Positions 63,159 through 64,000 of a stretch of 64,000 bases of DNA are shown here, one piece after another. Made by a program: the position numbers and the translations under genes. The notes under the pieces are model-generated. The model was not told the DNA's origin. It made no database searches and saw only the letters and a list, made by a program, of their open reading frames with translations. This DNA comes from Paraspadella gotoi (taxonomy: Eukaryota > Animalia > Chaetognatha): the NCBI GenBank assembly GCA_051294375.1, contig CM119265.1, positions 5,002,352 through 5,066,351 on the forward strand, read 5' to 3'. Numbering within the stretch: the first letter of the stretch is position 1; the number at the start of each line of letters is the position of its first letter.

Positions 63159-63939
63159 TGAGAAGAGAGATGCAGGAGAGGAGAAGAGAGATAGAGCATA
63201 TAAACCCTTAATCCTTCTTATCGGGCTTTCCTCAAGGACTTTTCTTGCTCTCTCAATGAATCCGTTGCCTCCGGTACGAGGTGGAAATTTTTTTTTGGCT
63301 CTTCCTTGAGACTCGGATGCAAAACATTTTAGCAGGGTTTCACAAGTTAAGAGGGCTCAGATAGGCAAATCATGGTTAGATTGATTCCGTTTAAATCTCA
63401 GTCGGATCGCCTTTTTACTTTTCTGTGTAGTTGAAAAGTTCGTTGATATCGAAGTCCTATAGTGATTCTCGTTCATATCATGTCATGTGCATCGTTCCAT
63501 NNNNNNNNNNNNNNNNNNNNNNNNNAGAGATAGGCATTAAACTTAATCCTCTTTCGCTTTCCTCAAAGACTTTCTTCTCTCTCATAATCCTTCTCCGGAG
63601 GTGGAATTTTTTTTCTCTCCTTGAGCTCGGATGCAAACATTTTACAGGGTTTAAAGTTAAAGGAGCTCAGAAGGNNNNNNNNNNNNNNNNNNNNNNNNNN
63701 NNNNNNNNNNNNNNNNNNNNNNNNNNNNNNNNNNNNNNNNNNNNNNNNNNNNNNNNNNNNNNNNNNNNNNNNNNNNNNNNNNNNNNNNNNNNNNNNNNNN
63801 NNNNNNNNNNNNNNNNNNNNNNNNNNNNNNNNNNNNNNNNNNNNNNNNNNNNNNNNNNNNNNNNNNNNNNNNNNNNNNNNNNNNNNNNGAGATTTCGTTT
63901 AAATCTAGTCGGTCGCTTTTACTTCTGTGTAGTAAGTTC

Positions 63940-64000
63940 GTTGATTCATTCCTTGATTCGTTCATTCATTCGTTCATTCATTCATTCATTCATTCATTCA
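63940..64000. repeat. (TTCA)n microsatellite
   Basis: Seen directly in the sequence. Confidence 0.9.

Noticed and set aside
63200-63960. Real tandem duplication (63205-63480 versus 63530-63960)
   Set aside because: The second copy is an indel-ridden version spanning N gaps and is most likely a scaffolding artefact.

Overview
AT-rich, intron-dense animal (probably invertebrate) genomic DNA with several N-gaps. It is not prokaryotic. Genes from left to right: the last exon of a DDR-type receptor tyrosine kinase (+); a secreted chymotrypsin-like protease with a C-terminal chitin-binding CBM14 domain (-); BICRA/GLTSCR1-like (-); NAT8/camello-like GNAT (+); SLC25A33/36-like carrier (+); SGK3/CISK-like PX-kinase (-); classical dynamin (+) with two pairs of mutually exclusive exons and a nested antisense ZIP8/14-like transporter; and a second DDR paralogue (-) in a poorly assembled region. 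The main finding is in the repeats. At least three unrelated-looking short repeat families, plus two degenerate relatives, carry a circularly permuted (type-P5) twister-ribozyme fold with P1 reduced to a short linker. Base pairs covary between families in P2, P3, P4, P5, T1 and T2. In two families the fold lies inside the LTRs of miniature LTR retroelements, directly after a tRNA-like Pol III cassette; the best-preserved family has PBS, PPT and 4-bp TSDs. The predicted system is a 'twister retrozyme' whose dimeric transcript would self-cleave into ~400-490-nt monomers that could circularise. All structures were folded by eye and no activity has been tested.
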